Both the position numbers and the translations under genes were made by a program. Shown here piece after piece: positions 36,596 through 51,335 of a DNA stretch of 64,000 bases. Location of the stretch: assembly GCA_951406725.2 (NCBI GenBank), contig OX597831.1:2232001-2296000 (forward strand), given 5' to 3'. The notes under the pieces were generated by a model that saw only the letters and a list, made by a program, of their open reading frames with translations, ran no database searches and had not been told where the DNA came from. Position 1 is the first letter of the stretch. Each line of letters starts with the position of its first letter. This DNA is from Octopus vulgaris. Taxonomy: Eukaryota.

Positions 36596-39404
36596 TCAAG
36601 ACTATAAATATATAAAATAATCAAAGTGACTCTGGAAGAACAAAAACCAGACAGACAGACTCTGGTATGAGTCAAGTTCAGAATATAGAAGAGTGAAACT
36701 AATCCTCCTCCAAACTTAACTGAGATGTTTAATTAACAAAACAAATGATATTCATGCTCTGTGCAGTAATTAATAAGAGAATCTTTATCTCGGGACTATG
36801 TTAGCAAAATTCTTGTTACACTAATATAATGAACTGTAATCGTTGCCAGTGACATGTGAAAGGCATCCAAGCTGATGACACCATAAAAGGCACTTGTACC
36901 AGTGATATATGAAAGACACCCAATACACTCTGTAAAGTGGTTCGCATTAGGAAGAACATCCAGCCATAGAAACCAAAACCAAGCTAACACATACGACTGG
37001 AGTCCGATGCAGCTATCTGGTTTACCAGCTGCAGTCCAGCTGTCTAACCTATGCCAGCTCAGAAAACAGACATTAAAGGATGATGATGATATATATATAT
37101 ATATATGAGGGGTAAATTTGTAAATCCATCCATAAGGCCTGCAGCTGAACAAAACATTGTTTTGAAGAGGTGCTGTAAGATGCTAGCTAAAATTCCAATG
37201 GAATTGCAGGTTGTATTGGATAGCTCCCCAGACGGTCTTCCAAGGTGTTTTTGAGGTGTAGAAATATACTGGAATATGTCTAGGACATGAAGAGAACTAT
37301 TTCAAAAGAGTTCCAAATACAAGTATAATAATATATGGCAGCTCACTACTGACACACCTTCCTTCTGCAAACACTTAACCAAATGCAGCAACACAACTGA
37401 AGAGATAGATGCCTCTAGACTAGCCTTGGAGAGGAACATAGGAAATCTTCATATCAAAGAAGCTATATTGATCCACTGCCTCAACCAGAAAAATCGATAA
37501 ATACATTATTTGCAGGTGGATTTTTGTAAAACCTAGTCTGAGAATTTTCTGTCATCTTGTACAACTACTAGGGTGTGGGTTCATTTAACTATACTTTCCT
37601 GCTGGCAGTAGATGTTAATTTTTTGCCAGCTCCTAGCAAACTGTCTGATCTATGCCACCATGGAAAACAGATGTTAAATGATGATGGTCTCATAACTGTA
37701 ATGTATTTAGTCTCTCACAGAAATGAGAACCATTTTTAGGAGACATTGTAAAGTGGTTGGCATTAGGAAGGGCATCTAGCTGTAAAAACCAAATAAGACT
37801 GGAACCTGGTGCAGCTTCCCAGCTCCATGTCAAACTATCCAACCCATGCCAGCATGGAAAACAAACATTAAAGGATGATGATGATGATGATGGTGTAAGG
37901 ATGCTTGAGCCAAGTGGTTCAATATGGCTCAGTATTTATTTATTCATAATTGACACTATTCTGATACTCTACTAATTATAATTAGTAGTGTATCAGAATA
38001 ATTATTGTCTGATCATCCACCCTCTTACAATTATTATGTTTGTGCCTTAGTATATACATTTTAGAAAATAGTTTTGTGCTACTTTAGTTTAGCAAATTTA
38101 GAAGGAGACACTGCAAAATAATTGGCATATTTACTTGAGTACAATGTAATCTCAAATACATTGCAACCACTTTATTTTAAATCTTAAAATCATAAATATT
38201 TTATTCTCTTTTACATTTCAGTATAAGGCTGCCCTGCCGATTTTGATCCTAATGTTAGTTTTTTTTTTTTTATTATTAAATTTCTTGCATTACACATTAG
38301 TAATATGTTGTGTAGTAGGCTTAATCCATCACTCAGTTTAATTCCATCACCTTGCCCTTGGGTGGCTTTAATGGAGTCCAGTCTGTTGCGAGCAGTCCAA
38401 TGTAAAGCTAACTTCCTCCTTCCTTTCCTCCCACTCTTTAACCAATTAGCATTTAAGCTGGACACATCAGGGTCAAAATATTCTGCCTGTATTATGTTCA
38501 AATCAACCGAATTCAGCCTTTCACACCTAACATACAATGTCAATCTAAAAATATATTATCACATCATTGAAATCTCAAAGCTATGAGATAATGCATGATG
38601 AATTCAAACCAATTTAATAAATATGCTTTATGTTTGACAAACTAAGAATGATGGACACTGCTTTTCCTCCTGACTATACGATAATAATTAAAAAAAAAAG
38701 CATTCAGTTTGATTTTCATCATAAGCTGCCAAAATAGGGCCTAATTTCATAGAGAAATGATTTACATAAATGATTTGCATCATTTTCATCAATGTCCACT
38801 TTTCCATGCTGGCACTGGTCAAGCAGAATTTGTTGAGGCAGCTTTCCCATGGATGGGCACCTTCCCTGTTGCCAGCCATCACCTGCTTCCAGGCAAGGTA
38901 TTGAATCGTTAGCACGCCGGGCGAAATACTTAGCAGTATTTCGTCTGCCACTACGTTCTGAGTTCAAATTCCACCGAGGTCGACTTTGTCTTTCATCCCT
39001 TCGGGGTCGATTAAATAAGTACCAGTTACACACTGGGGTCGATATAATCGATTAATCCGTTTGTCTGTCCTTGTTTGTCCTCTCTGTGTTTGGCCCTTTA
39101 TGGGTAGTAAAGAAATAGGTATTACTTCTCCATGGGCAGATATATTTTTCTGCCCATGAAAACAAACTTGTTTACAGCCATAACATTTCAAGTGTAAATA
39201 CACATATACACATACATACAATGTGTTTCTCTCAGTTTCCAAATGACGATGAAAGCTTTGGTTGGCCAGGAGCTATAGTACCACACACTGGGACTGAATC
39301 CACATGCATATTTATTCACAACCCATGCTGTATTTGTACACTGTGTACTATTGAAACACACCATAATTAACTGATAAATACACTCAGTGAACAGTTATAA
39401 ATAG

Positions 39405-40660
39405 TTTTCATTAATTTAAACATTTATTGAAAATTCAACAACAGGAAAAACAAAAGACATTTGCTTCTAGAAAATATTTGTTTAGAAAATATTTTATTAG
39501 AAAATCTTGGGTGTTTTAAAGCAACCAAGCTTTGAGCAGGAGTAATTATAATCACAATTCAAGTAGAGAGAGAGAGAGAGAGAGAGAGGATCTAAGAATA
39601 TCAGCAGAAGATTTATGGATGGACATTATTGTGTGTAATTAAAGCTTCCTGAACAAAGAACAGTCTGCTTGAATTAGAGACTTTAAAATAGACAAATATT
39701 CCTTATGTTTTCTAGTTTTTTTAAAACTAGAATTTTGGTTACGAAGAGCTGCATATAAACATTTTGCTAAAAAATATAAGTTTATATATTTGTAATATTA
39801 TCTTTAGCTTCATACTGTTTGGATATGTTTTATAAAGCTTTCTATATCAAACAGCAGTCAGATTTGAAAAGATTTTAAAGTAACTGGTATAATGCAATTA
39901 ATTACATTATTAATGAGAATATTAAAATTCAAAAGATTACATCTTTTGATTGGGATGAGACCTAAATTAATTTGTAATCTAAATTAAATTCTAAAAAGGT
40001 CTTTGTTCAAATTTAGGATTTTAATTTATTCAGGACTTGGTAAATATTTACATCAAGTAATAATTTTCAGAGAAAGAAACTCAACAACCCAATTTTTAAC
40101 ACTCAGCTCCTAATACTGACAAAATGTAACTCATAATAATAATTCTAATAAACGTAACAGTAGACCAAACTTGCATGCAATTATAAGTGAAGTAAAATTT
40201 CTAAACATAAAAAATATTCATTATTTGTTCTGGCTCTAAATGTCATAACAAATTAACAGAACAGAAACATATAGTGAGGTGGGGGTGGGATGGGAGAAGG
40301 GGGTGTATTTGACAGATTTGGTAAAGGGTTTTAACAAAAACATTTAAAGGTTTAAACTGGGTTAGCTTCCACAGAATTAAAGACAGGGGAAGATACCAAC
40401 AAACTGTAAGAACATTTTTCGATGTTGATACAAGTTAAGATGTGATGAAGGTGACTAAATCAAAAGGTAGCCATGAAAGACATCACTGGTAAAGAAACCT
40501 GGTGTTGACAGTGTGATAATGGACTCATCCAACTGTAGACAGATAAAGATGAAGTCAGAAGTATAATGGACTCATCCAACTGTAGACAGATAAAGATGAA
40601 GTCAGAAGTCAGTGACGTCAAAACCGACAAGTACTGTTGTAGTATTGTTCTATGAAACCT
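39405..40660 (-). other. Putative 3' UTR of the acidic-tail gene; AATAAA on the - strand at 39423-39428
   Basis: SINE-free stretch after the stop codon ending near a canonical polyA signal. Confidence 0.45.
40516..40609. repeat. Perfect 47-bp tandem duplication in the putative 3' UTR
   Basis: ataatggactcatccaactgtagacagataaagatgaagtcagaagt occurs twice (40516, 40563). Confidence 0.9.
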
Positions 40661-40666
40661 TTATTC
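40661..40666 (-). CDS. Terminal exon coding part (Glu + TAA)
   Basis: Acceptor ttctttttttgcag followed by GAA TAA. Confidence 0.6.
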   Translation of the reverse strand, partial: E

Positions 40667-40952
40667 CTGCAAAAAAAGAAAACATTTACATTTGATCAAG
40701 AAATAAAAATAGCTTAAATTCTTTAATAATACTAATAATAATAACAATAATAATAATAATAATAACAATAATAATACTAATAATAATAATTTCTCAGTTC
40801 TAAACTGGAAATGTAGAAACTGCTTCTTTAAACTTTTATGGCTTACACAGAAGAAATCTAAGTATAACAGCTATAGCGACAGAATGACAGCTAAAACATG
40901 TTTGCGGAATGATAACAATAAAAATATTTAACCAATTCAAATAGCAACACAC

Positions 40953-40979
40953 CTGTTCTTCCGTTTCTTCTGATTTTTC
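40953..40979 (-). CDS. 27-bp microexon EKSEETEEQ
   Basis: Long polypyrimidine tract plus tttttag acceptor, cag|gtgtgt donor, phase 0-0, same acidic composition as upstream exons. Confidence 0.7.
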
Positions 40980-43900
40980 CTAAAAATTAAAAAGAAAAAA
41001 AAGAAAAAGACAAACAAGAATAATTAATAAGGTTAAAATTATTATGTTTTGTTCGAAATTATTTGCTGAGAAAATTACATTTTCTACTTAAACTATTTTA
41101 ACTAATTAATTAAAGTTAATAAACAGTCCAATAAAGATGAAATTTTCCAAGTTTTAGTCTAAGAAACAACAACAAAAAAACTGCAATATATAAACTAATC
41201 ATACAAAGATTTTAGATTTCGTAATTAAATCTATAAAAGTATTCATACAGAAAATTGATGTCATTTAATTTTCAGCAAATTAATTGGCATCACATAGACC
41301 AATCAACTGATTATATCGGCAGAATTCAGAAAACCATTCTTTTAACTATCTCTAATAGCTGTAAAAAAATCACTTGATCTGCTTTTAGTGTTTGCATGTC
41401 TTCTATTAACCTTCAGAAAAGTCAAGAAGCACAAGCTATGAATGCTTTCTAGTTTAACACCAACACTTGGGTTGGATAAAGCAGAATGAGTAAAGAAATA
41501 AATAAAGTCATTAAATAAATAAATAATAAAACTCAAAATTATGTTTATTTTAAAATATCTCATTCGATGTGATATTCAAAAAAAAAAAAAAAAAAAGAGA
41601 AAAAAAAATGAATAACAGCTAAAAATCCAACCTTACTAACAATACAATTGACAATATGGGTTTTGTAAACCAAAATTCCTGTAATTTTTGTGAAGAAAGA
41701 TTACAACTAAAGTAATCAACTCTATAGAAAAAAGGAAAGGAAAAAAAAAAAAAAGAACAAGAAAACTTGTTTTAAGATGCTGAAATGCCAAGAGAAGAAA
41801 GCTTCTAAACAAGAGAAAAAGCTAGATTTATAGCTCCTTCAAACCCTCTCATCACTCTTCAGCTTCATTTCAGACATTCTAGTTCTTAGTTTGTGATGAA
41901 ATTTTAAATATTTTATTCATTGAGACAAAGATTTCATAAATTTGAAGCATGTATACATTTTCTTTTGGTATGACAAAATTCTAAGTTAAAGCAAACGGGT
42001 ATATAAGAACAATGGGAAAATTGTAGTTTTGACCCTTTTTGAAGTCTTATTGGCTCCAGTCAATTTCACAGAGCCAAAAGTAAAAATACAAACCTTCACT
42101 TTATTACAGTCAACAAGATTTATAGGAGTTAAATATCACAATTTCACTAACCTGAGACTTTTCCACCAAAATTCCTTCATACCAAGGTAAAAAATGTTTA
42201 CATTTATCAAAATTTATGAAATTATCTACTCTATGGTGATTTCTGTAATTTTCTTCATGTTTTTCTTTTTTTTCCATATGAGGCAAGTGATTTGACTTAG
42301 GTGAAACATACCACATCAGCAACTGCCAGTGATTCATTCATGTGATGCTGGTGTGTCTAAAGTGATTAGGTTATAGTGAGATGTGGAAAGTGGTTGTTCT
42401 CTCCAAATGTAACACAATTAGAAAATGTGTGCCAAACTGGTAAATTTTTTTTAGCAATAATTACTAAGTGATGGTCTACATAGGCTAATTTTAATCTGTT
42501 ACATACTTCACAGGATCTTCATGAACAGGTGTCAGCTTGCATCTTAAAATTATTCAGATATCTCAGATAACACCATTGATATCGTATATCATTCTGAAGC
42601 TAACACAAGATTATATATATATATATATATGTATATATATAGTGGAACGTAAGTGTATATCTGTCAGGTACATGGACCATTCTTTTATGTATTTATTCAT
42701 TTTACTGTTTTACAGCCTTCAATAATATATCAATAAGTCTGGGAGGATTTCCATAAATTTGTTCATTTGCATAATGTCAGAACAATGTTTCGAAGTTACA
42801 GCCCTTTCTTGGATTAAAATCTAACTAAAAATTTCTAATCACCACTTTTGTTTCATAGTACTAAAACAGACAGTTCTGTTTTTATAAATGGATGTCTTTA
42901 CTTCTGTTTTAACTGTTCAACTTCATTGTCATCCTTCGCAGGTTGAGAGCAGACAATTGCATCTTGCTTAATACAACTATTGCAGTAGAATATTTCTACT
43001 GCAATATTTCTGTTAAAATACATTGTCATTGTTTCAGTTAATTTTACAAATAAAAAAAGAATTTATTAAACTATCTTTGTCATTATGAAGCTGGTCTTTG
43101 GAACATAAATTCACATAAAATTTTGATGGACGTTTTTAATTTAGATCACCTCAGCCCTTTAATATTCAGATTATTACGTTAATAGTAATGTTTATTTAGT
43201 CACCTCGCTTTGAATTAATCATGCATTATCTCATAACTTTGAGATTTTGATGAGATAACTGTTAATTTTTAGTATAATACTGTAGGATTGGTGCAAGAGG
43301 CAACATCTGGCCACTTTAAGCATAAAGGGGGTTGAATATTTTGGCTGGATGTGGCTGGTTTAAAAGAGGAAGTTTGTTTTTATATAGCCAGGGGTATTTT
43401 CAGGCAGGTTGGTATCAAAAGGGTTAAACTCTGGGTCATGTAATCAGTAGTTCTGCCCTAAACTTTACAGCTATTGTATTTCAAGTAACACATGGTTGTT
43501 TATGTACTGGTCTAACTTTTGGATATTTTAAGCTAGTTATGAGAAAGCCACAATGGCCAGGTTGATATGGTTTTGGTCTCTCAAATGAACAGTCATTTTG
43601 TTTGTATCTTGGTCACATAACGGTGTTGTGCCTCCATAATGGATTTGAACTTATTTTCACACCACTTTGCGTGACCCTTTAATCATCTGTTGACAACTGA
43701 GATGGAACTCTAGTATTTGTTAGTTGTGTGAGAAGAAGATGCTCTTAAAACTTAAGTTTCTCACTCTAAAACCACATTTCTTTACATTTTTTCAACACCT
43801 GTAGATATTTGTAACTCTTAGAATATAAGCTATCATGTTCTCTCCCCCCACCCCAATCCATTTTCAACTGTAGAGAGTGATTGGTTTCAAAGAGAAAAAT

Positions 43901-44222
43901 TGCAATATTCTCTATTAGAAATAAATAAGAGAAAGTTACTTAATCTATGCTGAAAGCTAAAATCTAAGAAGCTGGAAATAAGTTATTTGAATTATTGGAA
44001 TAATTTCTAAAGTAAAAAAAAAATAGACAGATAAATATATAAAAATAAAAACTACCACTTCACTAGAGATAGAGTAAATATCAAAATAAACTGAAAGAGA
44101 TATGTGATCAAAGTGAGATTTGTAGATGATGTAATGATGATGATAAAGTTGACTAGGCTAAAATCCTGTGGGGAAAAAAATGACAAAGACTATTGACCAA
44201 ATTAAATTACAGAAAGTCTTAC

Positions 44223-44253
44223 ATCTTTGGGTATCAACCAGCTTGAAGCCAGC
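44223..44253 (-). CDS. Candidate 31-bp microexon of the acidic-tail gene
   Basis: Strong acceptor tattttacag and donor gtaaga around a GC-richer 31-mer; its length restores frame after the 1151-bp exon. Confidence 0.55.
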
Positions 44254-44466
44254 CTGTAAAATATATCAAAAACTATTACAAGAATCTAATCTTGTATTTT
44301 CAAACAGCATCTAATAATGATAACAACAACAACAAAAACAATGTTACAGATTTTTTTGCTAAATCCTCTTATACTATAATAATTGAAATATTCTTCTTCA
44401 AAACTATGGTTAGTAAATGGTTAAACAAACAACTACTGTTATATCTATGTCTATACATACATACAT

Positions 44467-44501
<35 letters not shown>

Positions 44502-45712
44502 ATATATGTACATTATATATGTATATTATATATATATATACATTATATATGTATATTATATATATATATATATACATACACACACATACATGCGTGTGTG
44601 TGTGATTTCAGTGAAGGGTTAGAGACTGATTCCAAGAAGCCAGCATTATCATACAGAACAGATGGTTGAATCATTTGTCTCTCTTTGAAACAGCCCCTGA
44701 GGTTTTATCTCAGCAATAGACATCAAACACATTAATTTTCTACTAGAATCCAAGAGAAAGGCAATGGCGTTTATGCTTTTCTCAAGAGAATTTAGAAGAA
44801 TAGTTAAAGCGATTCTAAAGGAGAGAAGGTTCAGAACCACATTTGTACACTTTATTTGTCAAGATTTTATAGCTGTGTCAAGACAAGAACTGTCATGCGA
44901 GAACTACAAGGAATTTAATAACCATCAGTAATTACAAGTAGGAATCTCAAATCCCAACTTTAAAAGTGCTAAGAATATTTTATATATATCCATTAGTTAA
45001 GGCATTAATAATTTCTCCGTCAAATAAAACATGTAGGAAGTCATCAACATTTTACTGTCCATTGATTGTTGTCTTGCTTTTGATAAATGCTTTACAGCTT
45101 ATCGTCACTCGTCTTAATCTTTTGTCACCTTGCCTCTCAGAGTTTATATTGTGTTCTAAATTAAATGTTTGAGTTTGCTTAATGCATTGTACAAACAGTC
45201 TGCTAAGCTACAATATACCTTGGTCGCTCATTCAGCAATATGTTCAGAATTCTGAGCTAAGATGTGTATTGGTTATCAACACATTCACACTGAGCCAGGA
45301 TATGTATCAGCCGTCAACGGATTGCATTACTGAACCTGGATGTCTCCTTGTTAATGGTCCCACAGTCAGTTCTACTGGCTGTAAGTGAAATCAAGCATTA
45401 ATATAGGATTGAACCAAGAATGGGATTCACCAGCTTAATACACTGGTTTAATATATTTTTCTGAAACTCTTAATAGGAATAAATGAAGAAGAGTGGTCGA
45501 GGAATTTTAATGCAAAGAATTGACTTTGATGGAATCATTTCTAAAAACCCTTTGTTGTTAGTAAATTTGTAAGGATAAACACAGAACTAAAAGATAGAAA
45601 AGTCTTTTGAAGAGAAAGGTTAGTATTTATAGTTAAGTTTGATCCGGAGAGAGAAAGAGAGTAGAGAGGAGGTAAATACTGGGTAGCTAGATTATCGTCA
45701 TGCTTAAATAAC

Positions 45713-46060
45713 CTCTTCAGCTTCTTTATTCGTTTCCTCTTCTTTTTCCTTCTCGGTCTCTTTTTCAGTTTCATCATCTTTTTTCTCCTCTTCCTCCTCT
45801 TTTACTTCAGCTTTTTCCTCATCTTTTTTTTCTTCACTTTCTTCATCTATTTTTTCCTTACTTTCTTCATCTATTTTTTCCTTACTTTCTTCATCTTTCT
45901 TTTCCTCACTTTCTTCATCTATTTTTTCCTTACTTTCTTCATCTTTTTTTTCCTCACTTTCCACATCTTTTTTCTCACTTTCCTCATCTTTTTTCTCTTC
46001 GTTTTCCTCATCTTTTACCATCTCTTTCTCCTCCTCTTTCACCGCTTTCTCCTCCGCTTC
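45713..46060 (-). CDS. Glu/Lys-rich repetitive coding exon of the same gene, 348 bp
   Basis: Acceptor atattccag; EAEEKAVKEEEKEMVKDEENEEKK(DEESxEKx)n...KEAEE; phase 0-0 with a weak donor gttatt, or read-through to TAA at 45704. Confidence 0.75.
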
Positions 46061-47276
46061 CTGGAATATATATTGGATTTCAAAAGCAAAGATTACAAAT
46101 GGGCATTGTCCTTTATATTGTCAGTCAGAAACTGTTGCCTCACACATCGTTGCATGAAGGCAACCCAAACAATGGCAATGAATGATTAATGTTAATAAGA
46201 AATATGGTTGTCTGTCAATAGCCTACTGAAACTATTCTTTCAAACAAAATACTGAGATGATATCGGAGCTAACAAGTGAAGTATAAAATGACATGAAGAC
46301 TATGGGGAACTGTCAAGCAGCCACAAAGAATATTCTTCAATGTTCTGAAGTTTAAAGTGAAATTAAGAAATGGATATACAGAAACATGTAAGCTTATAAT
46401 GAAAGTTGTGCAAGGTTTTCCAGCATGTTTGAACAGGGTCAGAAATAAGTGGGTAGAAGTGAAAACTTAAGGTATTTAGACAACATTCTTCGTAACTGTG
46501 TCAGTCATTTTCTTACCAAAGTTGAAAATGGAGAGGTTTTACAAGAACATCAGAAAAAATTTATATTATCAGATGATTCAGAATGGCAGATATGTTTCCC
46601 TTTATGTTAAAATATTTGAGGTCTGACAGATTTCTATGCTGTTTCCTTTTGACTCTTTACTTTCTACAAAACAGACGTGGAACTACTGCCTTGCTAGAAA
46701 GCAAAATTTTTCCTTAATACTTCTTAGAAGTATAAATGGACACAGCCAAGACAGATGTGTGACATGAAATGCAGTACTCTATTTAATTTCAGTTGTGTGC
46801 ATTTTAAGATCAAATCCTACTAAAATCAACAATGAATTTAATCCTTTCGGGGACAATGAAGATAGGATGTATGAATAGTATACTAGAAGTAAATACAATG
46901 GATTGCACATATTGTTCAAAATAAATCAATATTTTATAATACCGAACAATAGCTTTCATGATAGGAGTTTAGTAAGTATTTCGGTGGAAATAGATATAAC
47001 AGTGAATAGGTTTTCTGTGTAATAGCGGTAAAGTATATACTCAAGCTAGTTTAATAATTTTTAAAACTAGTTTTAAACATCAGTATTTTGTCAATTAACG
47101 TCTATTTATTCATGACTGAAATGATGATTTTGTGAGGAAGTTATAGGATGAGAAACTTATGTGGACATTCATGTTTGCAAGTGAGACAGAGAAGACAATA
47201 TATTTGAAACAGAGGCAGCTACAATGTTGAAATATAATACTGCAAGGGGGTCTTTATTCTATGTGCATTATGTTAC

Positions 47277-47320
47277 CTGTTGGCACCCAAGAAAGTTTAC
47301 ACAAAACGGGGGACTCGACC
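47277..47320 (-). CDS. Candidate 44-bp alternative exon (GRVPRFV-stop in phase 0)
   Basis: Acceptor ttattttcag and donor cag|gtaaca around a GC-richer island; no homology support. Confidence 0.3.
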
Positions 47321-49130
47321 CTGAAAATAAATAATCATTTTACAAACCAAACAGTCAATAAAAAGAATGAAAGCACAGAGAGAAAGAGAGAGAGAAAGTC
47401 AGAGAGGTAATGATAGATAGGAGAGAGAGAGAGAAGGACAGACAAAGACACGGAATGACAAATGAAAAATAATTGTATCATGGAAGTCATATATTTAACA
47501 TACAGATAAATGACATTTACATATTAGCATATGGTATCCGAATGCTGAGAAATTTAATAAACATTTGAAAATTTTAAAAACATTCAATAAGTAGGTGATC
47601 TGGAATGGAAGAAAAAAAATAAGGGGGGTTGGTTGTTCATCATGCACAAGAAATAGAGGATGGCGGGGTGGAATGCTAGACCATGCTGTATCTGTTTATA
47701 GGAATTCCTGAGTTGACAGTCATGCTAGATTTGTGTGACAAAATATAGAAAATAGCTGAGGTTCATGAAAGAGAATTTATGCAAAAATGTTGAGTTTAAA
47801 GCAGAACCAAAATAGCAGGAATATTATGTTTTGTTTCGTTTTGTTTTTTTTTCTTCTCATTTTAGATTTTGACTATAATGAAAATTAAAATATATTTAGC
47901 ATTCCAACTTCTCTGTAGCACAGTAAAGAACATGAAGTAAAAGAGGAGATTACACTCAGCTATTCTTGGTTAAATCAACAACCAAGACTTCACCAGCAAA
48001 TATTTCTTTCTTTCTTTCTTTTTTTTTTTTTTAAATTCACTGAAAACAAAATGGCCAAGTTTAAAACGAAGAATCAACATTAATTGCAGCAGAAATATAT
48101 GATATGACTTTATTTCGTTTTATTTTTTTTTTTGTCTCTGATGAAAATGTTGAGAGAATTTGGTGAGAGTTACTGATGGTTCAATAAGCTAAAATGAGGA
48201 GGGAGAAAGAAAAAAAATCGATAAACGGGAAGCAGAGAAATATAATCAACAGCAGAAGACTGTTAGCAGTATTAGGAAATGGGAGACGATGTACAAACTG
48301 GTGGATGGAATTAGAAAAATATGTTTCTAAAGTTGAAATTTTGGCTTTAGACTGTAAATTGATTTTTGGATGGTACAAAAGGTAAGAGCTGTCTGAAACT
48401 GCCATGTTCAGTTCAAATCCTTCTGCTGATAGCATTCCAGTTGGAGTCAATTAAAACCAGTATCTGGAGAAAATAACTGTTTTCTCCTATCACACGAAGA
48501 AGGAAATGTAGGGTTTTAGTGACAGGAACAAATGTTTTTAATACCACAATGGTCTATTATATGAAGAGCATACCAGTCTTTGAAGAAAAGAGGCAGATGG
48601 GATCGTGTCTAAGAGTATTAAAAGAGGCAGCATGTGACACATAGTCAAGAAAGAAACAAAAAAAAAACAAAAATCAGAACAGAACTGAGTAGACACAAGA
48701 GGTAAGTGTATGGGAGGCTGCATTATTGTAAACCCATCAAACCCTTGGCAAATGGAATGTAAAATAATAATCTTTTCTATTATAGGCAGAAGGCCTGAAA
48801 TTTGGGAGAGGGGGATAGTCAATTACATCGACCCCAGTACTCAACTGGTACTTTATTTATTGACCCTGAAAAGATGAAAAGTATGGTTGATCTCGGTGCA
48901 ATTCGAACTCAGAACGTAACAACGGGTGAAAGCATTTTGTCCAGCGTGCTAACAATTCTGCCAACTCGCCCCTTTTTTTTTTAATGTAAAATAATAATAA
49001 TAAGCCTTTCTATTATAAGCACAAGGTCTGAAGTTTTGGGGAGGGAGATAATCGATGACATTGATCCCCAGTACTTGACTGGTACTTTACACAAGGCTGC
49101 CATAAATAATACCCTTCAGACTAACTATAG

Positions 49131-49340
49131 GTATTGTTTATTTCGGGATGGTTTTTTTTTTCTTTTGCCAAATAAACACATGCACTATATATTTGTTCTT
49201 CACTTGTTTATAACTGTTTTTATTCTAACTCATGTCCATTGTCCATAATAAATGAGTGAAGAACAACTATTATAGCATGTGTGTTTATTTAGTGGAAAAA
49301 AAAAAAAAAAAAGAAAAATGAAAATCCTGAAATACAATAC
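49131..49340. repeat. Fold-back (palindromic MITE-like) element with about 80-90-bp arms
   Basis: gtattg..aaataaacacatgc..ttgttcttcact pairs with agtgaagaacaa..gcatgtgtgtttattt..caatac. Confidence 0.7.
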
Positions 49341-50954
49341 AACTTCAACACAAGACTTTCACATCAGGAATCTAGCAACACAAATTCAAAAATGTAACTG
49401 TAGTTTTAGAAGAAATATGGTTTATAGAATTTGAAGAAAACTTAGAGCTGGTTTATAGAGAGAAAATTTCAAATGACATATTGAAACTGAATTGCCTTAT
49501 TTCAAGTAAAACCTCAAGATGTTCATAGTATCATAATGATCACAAATACTTTTAATGGTGATTTTTCTATTCTGACATGTTCTATGCATCTGATATACAG
49601 GAACTGGACAAAAATCACAAATCCTTGTCTTTGTCTTCAAGGCTCACCATTCTTGGAGATAAAACTTCGATACTCCAACCTAAGCCTTCCTTTTTATTAT
49701 TATTATATATATATAATAATAATCAGCGGTGGTGTCCCAGCATGACCATGGCCTTCAGGCTAAAACATTTTTAAGGATTTAAGGATATATATATATATTT
49801 TTTTACCTCAAACCATGAAAATCCTCCATAATAAACCTGAGTCCTAGAAAGATGATCTACATCTTTATTTAACTTGCTAAAAACAACAGTCAATTCACCT
49901 TCAAATAACATCTTACCATCTTAAAAAAAAGAAACGGCATTGAAGAATAATGTAAGTCTGTGACTTCAAACTTGATCCAAGACTAAATAACAACGACAAC
50001 AACAACAAACAGCACATTTTCACCCAGTATATCATCAATTATTTCCCATGACAACAGATCAACAACCAATCAGTCATCTCTCCTACATTATTCAATACTT
50101 TTGATGTTCAGCCGCTTTCTTAAATCACTTACTCCTTACCTAATTAGAGACTAATTAAAAATCTAAATTTCTGTGAACTTTGTATTCAGTCTCATCTAAT
50201 TATTGCAAGAAAGAAGAAAAGGGAAATACAGATTTTTTTTTTTATGTCTAACGGCAGAACAAATGTGAGAGTGGAATCCTAATTGTCAGGTTAAGAGTGA
50301 TAACTGGGAGAGGGGTTGCAGTGCCTTTGCCCTTCTTTGCTCTTTTAACTCTTTTCAGCTGAATCCCAAAGAAGGACTGTTTGAAATGTCAGAAACTCCA
50401 CTCCCACAACAATGATACTTTATACATTGTTATTTTTCCCCTTCTCTCCACAATAAATACGTTTCTCAGGGCAAAAAGTCATTTTTCTACAAATTCAGAT
50501 TAACCAGCTTGGACGTGAAATGAAGAGGATGGAAACTGTACAGAAGCCTATTATTAGGTAGACTGCACCATTAATTGAAAAGGTATAGCCTTGTCACACA
50601 CTGAGCCATGTTGATTGGTACTCATGTCTATGGAATACTCAACCACCTACACAGAAATTCCGGAGCAGGTAATTCAGTTCATTGAGCAAGTGAATCCCTA
50701 CTCTTGATTGGAGATTCACTCCCATCCCCACAATATATATATATATATATATATATATAGAACAATAATAATCCTTAGAAGGAATTTATAAATATGTTAT
50801 AACTATATTTACCCTACATTGGCACAGTTTGGTGCAACCCCCACAAAACTGAATTACCAGTTGGCATCATTAGGCTGTAGCCAACATAACAGGAGCTTTT
50901 ATATGTATGTTCAAAACGTTTCTCATAAACGAACTTAAAAAAGATGTATATATA

Positions 50955-51335
50955 GGCGCAGGAGTGGCTGTGTGGTAAGTAGCTTGTTTACCAACCACGT
51001 GGTTCTGGGTTCAGTCTCACTGCGTGGCACTTTGGGCAAGTGTCTTCTACTATAGCATTGGGTTGACCAAAGCCTTTTGAGTGGATTTGGTAGACGGAAA
51101 CTGAAAGAAGCCCGTCGTATATATGTATATACATGTGTTTGTGTCTCTGTCCCCCTAGCATTGCTTGACAACCGATGCTGGTGTGTTTATGTCCTCGTTA
51201 CTTAGCGGTTCGGCAAAAGAGACCGATAGAATAAGTACTGGACTTACAAAAGAATAAGTCCCGGTGTCGAGTTGCTCGATTAAAGGTGGTGCTCCAGCAT
51301 GGCCGCAGTCAAATGACTGAAACAAGTAAAAGAGT
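50955..51335 (+). mobile_element. SINE family A copy
   Basis: Full length. Confidence 0.85.

Noticed and set aside
42978-43006. 13-bp perfect hairpin tattgcagtagaa-tat-ttctactgcaata
   Set aside because: Lies at the edge of decayed MITE sequence; no evidence of independent function.
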